Source: Virgisporangium ochraceum
Lineage (GTDB): Bacteria; Actinomycetota; Actinomycetes; Mycobacteriales; Micromonosporaceae
Direction of reading: 5' to 3'
Length of the DNA: 32,000 nucleotides
Assembly: GCF_016863655.1 (NCBI RefSeq)
Contig: NZ_BOPH01000050.1
Location: 25,665 to 57,664 of the forward strand
Shown: positions 1 to 7,788 of the stretch, one piece after another
Position numbering within the stretch: the first letter of the stretch is position 1
Layout: every line of letters starts with the position of its first letter
Program-made: the position numbers and the translations under genes
The notes under the pieces: model-generated
Seen by the model: only the letters and a program-made list of their open reading frames with translations
Databases searched by the model: none
What the model was told of the DNA's origin: nothing

Positions 1-948
1 CCAGCGCAGCCGGTGGGCGGCACGCACGACCAGCGCGGTCTTGCCGACGCCGGGTGGGCCGGCGACGGTGACGACGGGCATGCCGCCGATGCCGAGGAGG
101 TCGTCGATGCGGGCGAGGCCCGGGCCACGGCCGACGAAGTCGGCCACGTCCAGGGGGAGCTGGCACTCGACAGTCCAGGTGAAACGGGTGGCCGGCGTGG
201 CCGGGGAAGGGAGGGCGAGCACCGGGTCGCCGGTGAGCACGGCGCGGTGCAGGCGCTGCAGCTCGTCGCTCGGGTCGAGGCCCAGGTCGGAGGCCAGCTT
301 GCGGGACAGGTCCGCGTAGGCGTGCAGGGCGTCGGCCTGCCGCGACGAGCGGTAGAGCGCCAGCATGAGGTACCCCCACAGGCGCTCCCGCAGGGGGTGG
401 CGGCCGGTCAGGTCGGTCAGTTCGGAGACCAGGTCGGCGTGCTGACCGAGTGCGAGCCGCACGTCGATGAGGCTCTCCTGGGCGGCGAGCCGCTCCTCGG
501 CCAGCCGGGGTACCTCGTCACGCACGAGGGTCTCGGCGGTCATCCCGGCCAGCGGCTCGCCCCGCCACAGGCCCAGGGCCTCGTCGAGCAGCCGGAGGCG
601 GCGTACCGGGTCCTCGGCCGGGTGGGCCTGCGTCACCAGGGCGCGGAAGCGCAGCAGGTCCAGCTGCCACTGGTCCACCTCGATGAGATAGCCGCTCTCG
701 CGCGTGCGCACGGCGTGGCCCTCGCCACCGAGCGCCAGCCGGAGCCGGGCGACGTTGGTCTGCACGGTGCGGCGCGGGTTGCCCGGCGGTCGCTCGCCCC
801 ACAGGCGCTCGACCAGCTCGTCGACCGACACCACGCGGTTGGGCTGGAGCAGCAGCGTGGCCAGCAGCGTGCGCGCCCGGGGCGTGCCGAGCTCGACGAC
901 CTGTCCGCGGTCGCGGGCCTCCAGCGGGCCGAGCACACGAAACTCCAT
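1..948 (-). CDS. SARP (AfsR/DnrI/RedD)-family regulator, N-terminal part: winged-helix DNA-binding domain, BTAD and start of an NB-ARC/P-loop ATPase. The 3' end lies beyond the window.
   Basis: Absent from the ORF track because it runs off the left edge. My reverse-strand translation from ATG 948..946 reads MEFRVLGPLEARDRGQVVELGTPRARTLLATLLLQPNRVVSVDELVERLWGERPPGNPRRTVQTNVARLR. A BTAD-like stretch follows (LWRGEPLAG...ERLWGYLMLALYRSSRQADALHAYADLSRKLASDLGLDPSDELQRLHRAVL). A Walker A motif VTVAGPPGVGKTALV lies near nt 40-80. Track ORF 13..2238(+) is partly its antisense shadow. Confidence 0.85.
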   Translation of the reverse strand, partial: MEFRVLGPLEARDRGQVVELGTPRARTLLATLLLQPNRVVSVDELVERLWGERPPGNPRRTVQTNVARLRLALGGEGHAVRTRESGYLIEVDQWQLDLLRFRALVTQAHPAEDPVRRLRLLDEALGLWRGEPLAGMTAETLVRDEVPRLAEERLAAQESLIDVRLALGQHADLVSELTDLTGRHPLRERLWGYLMLALYRSSRQADALHAYADLSRKLASDLGLDPSDELQRLHRAVLTGDPVLALPSPATPATRFTWTVECQLPLDVADFVGRGPGLARIDDLLGIGGMPVVTVAGPPGVGKTALVVRAAHRLRW

Positions 949-1041
949 CGTGAGAGGAGACCAGCGAGGACCATCACGGGTTGCCAGTCGCAGAGAATTT
1001 CGAGCGCGCGACCGGGGCGGCCGCGCATAGTCTGCCGGGCG

Positions 1042-2238
1042 ATGACAGCACTCCTCCGGGCCAACCCCGCCTTTCGCCTCCTGTGGACCGCGCGCACCGC
1101 GAGCTACATCGGCGACTCGCTGGGTCTCGTGGCGTTGCTGATCTACCTCGAGGTCACCACCGGGCAGGCGCTGGCGGTCGCCACGTTGCTGATCGTCGTC
1201 GACTTCGTGCCCGGGCTGCTCGGACCGTTCACCGGCGCGGTCGGTGACCGGTTCGACCTCCGGCGGGTGCTCGTCGCCTGCGACGTGGCGCAGGGGCTGC
1301 TGACGCTCGCCGTCGCGGTGCTGCTGCCGCCGCTGCCGGTGCTGCTGCTCCTCGTCGGGCTGCGCGGGGTCGCCGCCCAGGTGTTCCAGCCGGCGTCGCG
1401 CAGTGCCGTGCCCGCGCTGGTCCCGGACAAGGACCTCGAAACGGCCAACTCGGCGCTGGGCGCCGGCACGTTCGGGCTGGAGGCGCTCGGACCGCTGCTC
1501 GCCGCGGCGCTGCTGCCCGTGCTCGACACGCGCGGGCTGCTGTTCCTCGACGCGGCCACGTTCGGCCTCTCGGCCGTGCTGCTCGCGCTCCTCCCGCCGC
1601 TGCCGCGCGAGCCCACGGAGAAGACCTTCGGAGCCGGGACCCGCGAGGGCGTCGCGTACATCTGGCGCACCCCGGTCGTCCGGGCGATCGGGCTCGGGTT
1701 CGTCGCCGTGGTCGCGTTCAGCGGAGTGGACGACGTGGCGCTGGTGTTCCTCGGCCGCGACGCGCTCGGAGCGGGCGACGCCGGAACCGCCCTGCTCTAC
1801 GCGGGCATCGGCATCGGGCTGGCCGTCGGATACGTCCTGCTGGCCCGGTACGGGGCGAAGGTCGGCAGCCTCACCCTCATCGTCGCCGGCTTCGCCATCA
1901 GCAGCGCCGGCAATCTGCTCACCGGGCTGGCGTGGGCGGTGGGTGCCGCGCTCGCGCTGCAGACCGTGCGGGGACTGGGCGTCGCGGCGCTCGACGTCGG
2001 CGTCAACACGCACGTGCAGCGGGTGGTGCCACCCGACCTGCTGGGCCGGGTGTTCGGCAACCTGTACGGAGCTGTGGGCGTCGCCGCCGGAGTGTCCTAT
2101 GTGCTCGGTGGGGTGCTGCTCGAACTGACCGGCGCCCGCACGACGTTCGTCGTCGCCGGCGCCGGCGGCCTGATCGCCACCGCGGCGACAGCGTTCGCGC
2201 TCGGAGCGCGGACGAAGCCGTCACGAACGCGACCGTAG
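1042..2238 (+). CDS. MFS transporter (EntS/MFS_3-like efflux permease)
   Basis: In-frame ATG at 1042 inside track ORF 13..2238. Translation MTALLRANPAFRLLWTARTASYIGDSLGLVALLIYLEV... continues as hydrophobic helices to the stop at 2236..2238. Divergent from the SARP gene across a 93-bp gap. Confidence 0.85.
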   Translation: MTALLRANPAFRLLWTARTASYIGDSLGLVALLIYLEVTTGQALAVATLLIVVDFVPGLLGPFTGAVGDRFDLRRVLVACDVAQGLLTLAVAVLLPPLPVLLLLVGLRGVAAQVFQPASRSAVPALVPDKDLETANSALGAGTFGLEALGPLLAAALLPVLDTRGLLFLDAATFGLSAVLLALLPPLPREPTEKTFGAGTREGVAYIWRTPVVRAIGLGFVAVVAFSGVDDVALVFLGRDALGAGDAGTALLYAGIGIGLAVGYVLLARYGAKVGSLTLIVAGFAISSAGNLLTGLAWAVGAALALQTVRGLGVAALDVGVNTHVQRVVPPDLLGRVFGNLYGAVGVAAGVSYVLGGVLLELTGARTTFVVAGAGGLIATAATAFALGARTKPSRTRP

Positions 2239-3123
2239 CCATTGCGGGTCGAGGTCGGCCGGCGGCTCCGGTGCGCCCAGATCGCCCGGCTCGTACCCGG
2301 TCGGATAGCCGGGATACGTCCGGTTGCGGGCCTCCTGCGCCAACCGTGACACCTTCCGCGGCCGGACCACGCCCACCGTGCGTCCCCAGCCCAGGAGCCT
2401 GGCCCGCGCCTTCAGCGAGAAGCCGCCGACGGCCGTGACCCACCGCGGCGCCGGGCGGAAACCGAACGCGTTCAGCATCATCGGGTCCAGCATGCTGCGC
2501 ACCCCCAACCGGGCGAGCGGACGCAGGAACCGCGGGAACCACGAGGCGAACAACCCGACCGTGTACTCCCCCACCCGCCGGTTCGTCTCCGAGAACCGGA
2601 AATGCGAAGACTCGTACGCGGACTTGAAGGAACGGAACTCGACGAACGTCGACGGGATGTCGCGGATGCCCATCCGCCTGCCGACCTCGCGGTAGTAGTG
2701 GAAGGCGGCCAGCTTCTCGGCCTCGGTGAGCGGGCGCCAGCCGTACCGGTCGAGCCAGTCGACCGGGTCGTAGACGAACGTCGACAACACGTAGAGCATG
2801 TCGTCGTTGGAGATCGCGTACCGGCCGTGCATCCGGTTGACGACGCGCAGCGCCTCCTTGCCGCGCGGCGAGTCGTACCCGTGCGCGGCGATCTCGGCCA
2901 TCAGCAGCGCGGTGTCGTCGTAGCGGCGCTGCGGCCGGTCGCGGAACTCGCGCGTCGCGTCGAGAAGGGCCGAGATCGACGGGACGCAGTACGTGCGGAA
3001 AAGGGCGAACTCCAGTGCCCGCGTGTAGTCCCACGGGAACTCGTGGCCCGCCGAGATGCGGTAGATCTCCTCGTGGTCCTTCACCGGATCGAGCGCCGAG
3101 ATCCGGTCGACCCACACGTTCAT
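2221..3123 (-). CDS. MpaB-family oxygenase (DUF2236 / rubber-oxygenase-like catalytic domain)
   Basis: Internal ATG at 3123 of track ORF 2221..3516(-). Translation MNVWVDRISALDPVKDHEEIYRISAGHEFPWDYTRALEFALFRTYCVPSISALLDATREFRDRPQRRYDDTALL... matches my memory of actinobacterial MpaB-family proteins. The start lies 2 nt after the upstream stop (TAG 3128..3126). Confidence 0.7.
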   Translation of the reverse strand: MNVWVDRISALDPVKDHEEIYRISAGHEFPWDYTRALEFALFRTYCVPSISALLDATREFRDRPQRRYDDTALLMAEIAAHGYDSPRGKEALRVVNRMHGRYAISNDDMLYVLSTFVYDPVDWLDRYGWRPLTEAEKLAAFHYYREVGRRMGIRDIPSTFVEFRSFKSAYESSHFRFSETNRRVGEYTVGLFASWFPRFLRPLARLGVRSMLDPMMLNAFGFRPAPRWVTAVGGFSLKARARLLGWGRTVGVVRPRKVSRLAQEARNRTYPGYPTGYEPGDLGAPEPPADLDPQWLRSRS

Positions 3124-3125
3124 GG

Positions 3126-4259
3126 CTACACCCCCAGCGACCGCCCGATGACCTCTTTCATGATCTCCGTGGTGCCCCCGTAGATGGTCGCGATCCGCGA
3201 GTCGAGGTACGCCTTCGCGACCGGGTACTCCAGCATGTAGCCGTAACCGCCGTGCAGCTGCAGGCAGCGGTCGACGACCCGCTTCTGCAGCTCGGTGCAC
3301 CACCACTTGGCCATCGCGGCGGTCTCGGCGGTCAGCTCGGGCTCGGCGACGCACCGGTCGACGAACGTGCGCCCCAGCTCCAGCTCGGTCGCCATCTCGG
3401 CGAGCACGAACCGGTTGTGCTGGAACGACCCGATCGGCCGGCCGAACGCCTGCCGCTCCTTGCAGTAGGCCAGCGTCAGCTCGAACACCTTCTCGGCCGC
3501 CGCCAGCGCCGCGCACGCGATCGACAGCCGCTCGGCGGGCAGGTTGCGCATCAGGTAGAGGAACCCGGCGCCCTCCTCGCCCAGCAGGTTCGCCACCGGC
3601 ACGCGCACGTCGGCGAAGAACAGCTCGGCGGTGTCCTGCGCCTTCTGACCGATCTTCTCGAGGTTGCGGCCGCGGTCGAACCCCTCCATGCCGCGCTCGA
3701 CCACGAGCAGGCTGATGCCGCGGTGGCCGGCCTCCGGGTCGGTGCGCGCGACCACGATCACGAGGTCGGCCAGGATCCCGTTGCTGATGAACGTCTTTTG
3801 TCCATTGAGGACATAGTGGTCGCCGTCGCGGACGGCGGTGGTGCGGATGCCCTGCAGGTCGCTGCCGGCGCCGGGCTCGGTCATCGCGATCGCGGTGATG
3901 ATCTCGCCGCTGCAGAAGCCGGGCAGCCAGCGGCGCTTCTGCTCCTCGTTGGTGAGGTCGGTGAGGTACGGGCCGATGATGTCGTTGTGCAGCCCGAACG
4001 CCGGTCCGCTCGCACCGGCCCGGGCGGCCTCCTCGGTGAAGACGGCCGAGTAGCGCCGGTCCTTCACGCCCCCGCCGCCGTACTCCTCGTCGACGAAGAA
4101 CCCGAGGAGGCCGGCCCTACCCGCGGCGAGCCACACCTCGCGGTCGACCACACCGGCGGCCTCCCACCGTTCGTGGTGCGGCACGACCTCCTTGGCGAGG
4201 AACGTCCGCGCGAGCTCCCGGAACGCCTCGTGCTCCGGCTCGAAGATGGTCCTACGCAC
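3126..4259 (-). CDS. Acyl-CoA dehydrogenase (long-chain/FadE-like)
   Basis: Track ORF 3126..4325(-). Motifs: TIFEPEHEAFRELARTFLAKEVVPHHERWE, AMTEPGAGSDL, and C-terminal IYGGTTEIMKEVIGRSLG (LCAD-like Gly in place of the MCAD catalytic Glu). I prefer GTG 4259 (VRRTIFEPEHEAF) over the upstream TTG at 4325. GTG 4259 overlaps the upstream gene's stop by 8 nt. Confidence 0.9.
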   Translation of the reverse strand: MRRTIFEPEHEAFRELARTFLAKEVVPHHERWEAAGVVDREVWLAAGRAGLLGFFVDEEYGGGGVKDRRYSAVFTEEAARAGASGPAFGLHNDIIGPYLTDLTNEEQKRRWLPGFCSGEIITAIAMTEPGAGSDLQGIRTTAVRDGDHYVLNGQKTFISNGILADLVIVVARTDPEAGHRGISLLVVERGMEGFDRGRNLEKIGQKAQDTAELFFADVRVPVANLLGEEGAGFLYLMRNLPAERLSIACAALAAAEKVFELTLAYCKERQAFGRPIGSFQHNRFVLAEMATELELGRTFVDRCVAEPELTAETAAMAKWWCTELQKRVVDRCLQLHGGYGYMLEYPVAKAYLDSRIATIYGGTTEIMKEVIGRSLGV

Positions 4260-5406
4260 CCGATGCCTCCTCAATGGCGCCGCCGGTGATCCACGGTTCG
4301 ATGTCGTCGATGCCCCAGTCGACAAGCGCCGACCTGCTGTGCTCGCCCGGCAGCGGCGGTGGCAACCGGCGAATGGGCGTATCAGCGCCGCCTACGAAGC
4401 GGGGCGCGGGCGCGGGCTGCACGACGCCGTCGCGCTCCTCGTACGTGCCGCGGGCCACCAGGTGCGGGTCGTGCGGTGCCTCGGCGACCGACAGCACCGG
4501 TGCCACGCAGGCATCCGTGCCGCCGAACACCTTCGTCCACTCCTCGCGGGTCCGCGACGCGAAGACCGCGGCGATCCGCTCCCGCATCTCGGGCCAGCGG
4601 TGCAGCTCGTACTGCGTGGGGAAGTCGGGCCCGTCGAGGCCGAGCAGGCGCACCAGTTCGGCGAAGAACTGCGGTTCCAGCGCGCCGACAGCCATGTGAC
4701 CGCCGTCGGCCGTCTCGTACACGTCGTAGAACGGCGCGCCGGTGTCGAGCAGGTTGGCGCCGCGGGTGGGCGTCCACCGGCCGCCGGCCATGAGGCTGTA
4801 AACCATCGTGGTGAGGTGTGCGGCGCCGTCGACGATCGCGGCGTCGACCACCTGTCCGCGTCCCGTCGAGGCGACCTCGTGCAGTGCGGCCAGGATCCCG
4901 ACGACCAGATACAGCGAACCGCCGCCGAAGTCGCCGACCAGGTTGATCGGCACCTGCGGCGGACCGCCGGCCCGGCCGATCGGGTGCAGCGCGCCGGCGA
5001 CGCCGATGTAGTCGATGTCGTGGCCGGCCGAGTGCGCCAGCGGACCCTCCTGGCCCCAGCCGGTCATGCGCCCGTAGACCAGCTTCGGGTTGCGGGCCCA
5101 CACGTGCTCCGGGCCGACACCGAGCCGCTCGGCGACGCCGGGCCGCCAGCCCTCGATGAGCACGTCGGCCCGCTCGGCGAGGGCGAGCACCACCTCGGCG
5201 CCCCGCGGGTGCTTCAGGTCGACGGCCACCGACCGCTTGCCGCGGTTGAGCAGGTTGAGACGCGGGTCGCCGGTGATCGGCGACACCGGGCCGGGCCGGT
5301 CGACCCGGACGACGTCGGCGCCCAGGTCGGCCAGGTGCATCGCCGCGAACGGACCCGGACCGATGCCGGCCAGTTCCACCACGCGAAGTCCGGCCAACGG
5401 CGCCAT
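4252..5406 (-). CDS. Family III CoA-transferase (CaiB/BaiF), alpha-methylacyl-CoA racemase-like
   Basis: Track ORF 4252..5463(-). Start chosen at ATG 5406 (MAPLAGLRVVELAGIGPGPFAAMHLADLGADVVRVDRPG, the typical N-terminus of Mcr/AMACR-type proteins). A GGAGG lies 8 nt upstream on the coding strand. Confidence 0.85.
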   Translation of the reverse strand: MAPLAGLRVVELAGIGPGPFAAMHLADLGADVVRVDRPGPVSPITGDPRLNLLNRGKRSVAVDLKHPRGAEVVLALAERADVLIEGWRPGVAERLGVGPEHVWARNPKLVYGRMTGWGQEGPLAHSAGHDIDYIGVAGALHPIGRAGGPPQVPINLVGDFGGGSLYLVVGILAALHEVASTGRGQVVDAAIVDGAAHLTTMVYSLMAGGRWTPTRGANLLDTGAPFYDVYETADGGHMAVGALEPQFFAELVRLLGLDGPDFPTQYELHRWPEMRERIAAVFASRTREEWTKVFGGTDACVAPVLSVAEAPHDPHLVARGTYEERDGVVQPAPAPRFVGGADTPIRRLPPPLPGEHSRSALVDWGIDDIEPWITGGAIEEASGA

Positions 5407-5414
5407 GCCCACCT

Positions 5415-5441
5415 CCGTAGATTTGATATTTGATACCGTAG
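5415..5441. promoter_or_regulatory. AT-rich tandem heptamer (ATTTGAT x2) flanked by direct CCGTAG copies, in the divergent racemase/GntR promoter gap
   Basis: Sequence is CCGTAG ATTTGAT ATTTGAT A CCGTAG. It is the only AT-rich island in the 56-bp gap between the starts at 5406(-) and 5463(+). The GntR RBS GGAGGAGGGG follows at 5451..5460. Confidence 0.45.
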
Positions 5442-5462
5442 CTCCCGCCGGGAGGAGGGGCA

Positions 5463-6110
5463 ATGAGACCGCAGCTATCCGACGAGGTGGCGGGGCACCT
5501 GCGCTCGCAGATCATGTCCGGTCGGCTCCGCCCGGGTGAGCGCATCCGTCTGGAGGAGGTCGCCGAGCAGGTCGACGTCAGCATCACCCCGGTGCGCGAG
5601 GCCCTCCTCACGCTGCGCGGCGAGGGCATGGTCGAGCTGGAGCCGCGCCGCGGCTACGTGGTGGCGCCCATGTCCCGGCAGGACATCCTCGACGTGTTCA
5701 CCCTGCAGGGCGACATCGCCGGCGAGCTGGCGGCCCGGGTCGCCGCGAAGGTCACGGCCGACGAGCTCGCCGAGCTGTCCACACTGGACCGCAAGCTCGG
5801 CACCGCCACCCGGGCCCGCCGCGTCACCGACATCGAGCGCCTGGAGTTCGAGTTCCACCGGGCCGTCAACCGCGTCGCCGACGCGCGGAAGCTCTCCTGG
5901 TTCCTGTACACGGCCACCCGCTACACGCCGGCGCGGTTCCTGTCCTCCGACCCCGGCTGGCGGTCGGCGATGCGCACCGACCACGAGGCGCTGCTCGCCG
6001 CGCTGCGCGCGGGCGACCCGCCGGCCGCCCGCGCCGTCATGAGCCGCCACTTCACCGACGGCGCCGACCGGCTGGTGAAGCACCTCGACGATCTCGGCCT
6101 CTGGAGCTAG
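5463..6110 (+). CDS. GntR-family transcriptional regulator (FadR/FCD subfamily)
   Basis: Track ORF translation: MRPQLSDEVAGHLRSQIMSGRLRPGERIRLEEVAEQVDVSITPVREALLTLRGEGMVELEPRRGYVVAP (GntR wHTH), followed by a helical FCD-like C-terminal half. Divergent from the acyl-CoA operon. Confidence 0.9.
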   Translation: MRPQLSDEVAGHLRSQIMSGRLRPGERIRLEEVAEQVDVSITPVREALLTLRGEGMVELEPRRGYVVAPMSRQDILDVFTLQGDIAGELAARVAAKVTADELAELSTLDRKLGTATRARRVTDIERLEFEFHRAVNRVADARKLSWFLYTATRYTPARFLSSDPGWRSAMRTDHEALLAALRAGDPPAARAVMSRHFTDGADRLVKHLDDLGLWS

Positions 6111-7327
6111 ATCCCCGCCAGAAAGGCCAGCACGCGACGGTGGGCGTCGGCCCGTGCCGCCGCGGTGGCCGCCGGCGTGCCGCCGTACTCGAACGTCACC
6201 GCCGGCCCCGGCCCGGTCGACTCCGTGGTCGGCCCGTACGGCGGCGCCGCAACCAGATGACCGGCATCCGGATAGACGATGTGTTCGAACGGGCGGCCGT
6301 GCGCCGCGAGCCGGTCGGCCGCGATCCGGTGGTAGGCCGGCCCGTACCCGCCATCGTCCTCTGTGGACAGGAGCAGCACCGGCCCACCGATGCGCTCGAC
6401 CGGGATCGTCGCGGCGTCGAGGACGTCGAGTGCCAGTCCCGGTTCGAACGCGTCGCGCAGGCGCACCGGCAGCCCGTCGGCGACGGCCTTCTCCAGCGCC
6501 GGCGTGACCACGTTCGGCACGTACGGCAGCGGCTCGCCGCCACGCGTCCAGTTGGGCACCGGCGTGTTCATGATGTCGAGGAACGACCCCGTGAACACGC
6601 TCTGGTCGATGCCCTGCGTCATCACGCCGCTGCCGACGATGCTCACCACGCCCGCGATCTCCGGGTACTCCGCGCCGGCCACGAGCGCCGCCTCGCCGCC
6701 CTTCGACCCGCCGGCGAACACCACCCGCCCGGGGTCGACCGCCGGCGCCCCGCGCAGATACGCCAGCGCCCGCCCGAAATACTCCACCGGGATGTTCGTC
6801 ATCGTCGATGGCCGGCCCGGCGCACCGTAGACCGCCAACGCGAACGCCGCGTAGCCGTGGGCGGCGAACAGCGCGGCGTCCTCCTCGTGGAGGCCGCCCT
6901 CGGAGCCCGCGAGGAGCACCACCGTCGTCAGACCCGTCGCGCCGGCCGGGTGGTACAGCACGCCGTACAGGTCGCCGTCCGTCACCTCCGTACGCTCCAG
7001 GCCGGCCGGGATCCGTTGCCGCACAACGGTTGCGGAGGCATCGCCGGCGGTCAACGTCAGCTCGACCGGCCCGCCGCCGCCCGCGGCGCCCACCCGCCGC
7101 ATCGACCACACCGGCCCCATCGGGTCGACGCCCTCGTACGAGCCGTCGGTCGGAGCGTCGCGGCCCACGTCGACGGTGCCGGCGTCGTCGGCGGTGAAAA
7201 CCATATGTGACGCCCAACCCGGCTGCTCGGCGCGAAGACGGACACGTTCGCCCGGCGGGAAGCCGGTGAGCCGGATCCGCAACTCGGTGTCGAGAGCGGG
7301 TTGGTCGGGGGTGATGTCGATCCGCAT
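6107..7327 (-). CDS. Acyl-CoA thioesterase / BAAT-family protein (N-terminal BAAT domain plus alpha/beta-hydrolase C-terminal domain)
   Basis: Track ORF 406 aa: MRIDITPDQPALDTELRIRLTGFPPGERVRLRAEQ..., with a nucleophile elbow in VVFAGGSKGGEAALV. Its stop overlaps the GntR stop by 4 nt (convergent). Confidence 0.75.
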   Translation of the reverse strand: MRIDITPDQPALDTELRIRLTGFPPGERVRLRAEQPGWASHMVFTADDAGTVDVGRDAPTDGSYEGVDPMGPVWSMRRVGAAGGGGPVELTLTAGDASATVVRQRIPAGLERTEVTDGDLYGVLYHPAGATGLTTVVLLAGSEGGLHEEDAALFAAHGYAAFALAVYGAPGRPSTMTNIPVEYFGRALAYLRGAPAVDPGRVVFAGGSKGGEAALVAGAEYPEIAGVVSIVGSGVMTQGIDQSVFTGSFLDIMNTPVPNWTRGGEPLPYVPNVVTPALEKAVADGLPVRLRDAFEPGLALDVLDAATIPVERIGGPVLLLSTEDDGGYGPAYHRIAADRLAAHGRPFEHIVYPDAGHLVAAPPYGPTTESTGPGPAVTFEYGGTPAATAAARADAHRRVLAFLAGI

Positions 7328-7343
7328 GCCTCGACCGTACGAT

Positions 7344-7373
7344 GAAAGCCCGACCGCGCTATGTCGGTCTTTC
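7344..7373. promoter_or_regulatory. Imperfect 11-bp inverted repeat (GAAAGCCCGAC n8 GTCGGTCTTTC) between the BAAT start and the HTH gene
   Basis: The arms differ at 1 of 11 positions. The repeat sits in the low-GC3 (non-coding-looking) stretch 7328..7389. Confidence 0.35.
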
Positions 7374-7389
7374 GCGTGGGGGTGGAACG

Positions 7390-7788
7390 GTGCCGAGACT
7401 GGTGGGTCCGGGCAACAAGGCCGGCTTCGTGCAGCTGCACCAGGCCCTGCCGCTGATCGAACGCCAGCACGCGCTCATCGAGGAGCTGCGCGCCCGCGCA
7501 CCGCGGTACGTGCCCGGACGCGACCTCGCGCTGCGCACCGGAACCACCGTGCGTACGGTCGAGCGCGACATCGCCCGGCTCGTCGAGGCCGGCGTTCCCG
7601 TCCGGGTCCGGCGCGGACGCGGTGGCGGCTACCGCATCGACGCGCGGCGCGAGCTGCCACCGCTCACGTTCACCCCGGGCGAGGCGTCGGCGATCCTCGC
7701 ATCGCTGGTGGCCGTGGGGCCCTACATCTCCGCGTCGGCGCAGTCGGCGCTGGGCAAGCTGCTCGACGCGCTCACGGTCCCTTCCTGA
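7390..7788 (+). CDS. HTH transcriptional regulator, YafY/DeoR-type HTH_11 domain only (no WYL domain)
   Basis: Track ORF 7342..7788. Codons 7342..7389 are rich in A/T-ending codons (aaa, cga, tat, ctt, aga), so I place the start at GTG 7390; the start remains uncertain. HTH stretch: ERQHALIEELRARAPRYVPGRDLALRTGTTVRTVERDIARLVEAGVPVRVRRGRGGGYRI. The protein ends about 45 aa after the HTH. Confidence 0.6.
   Translation: MPRLVGPGNKAGFVQLHQALPLIERQHALIEELRARAPRYVPGRDLALRTGTTVRTVERDIARLVEAGVPVRVRRGRGGGYRIDARRELPPLTFTPGEASAILASLVAVGPYISASAQSALGKLLDALTVPS

Noticed and set aside
13-2238. 741-aa plus-strand ORF in the track
   Set aside because: It is a chimera. Its first 343 codons or so are the antisense shadow of the minus-strand SARP gene and its upstream region (Gly/Arg/Val/Gln-rich, no recognisable domain). 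Only the part from ATG 1042 is a real gene (the MFS transporter).
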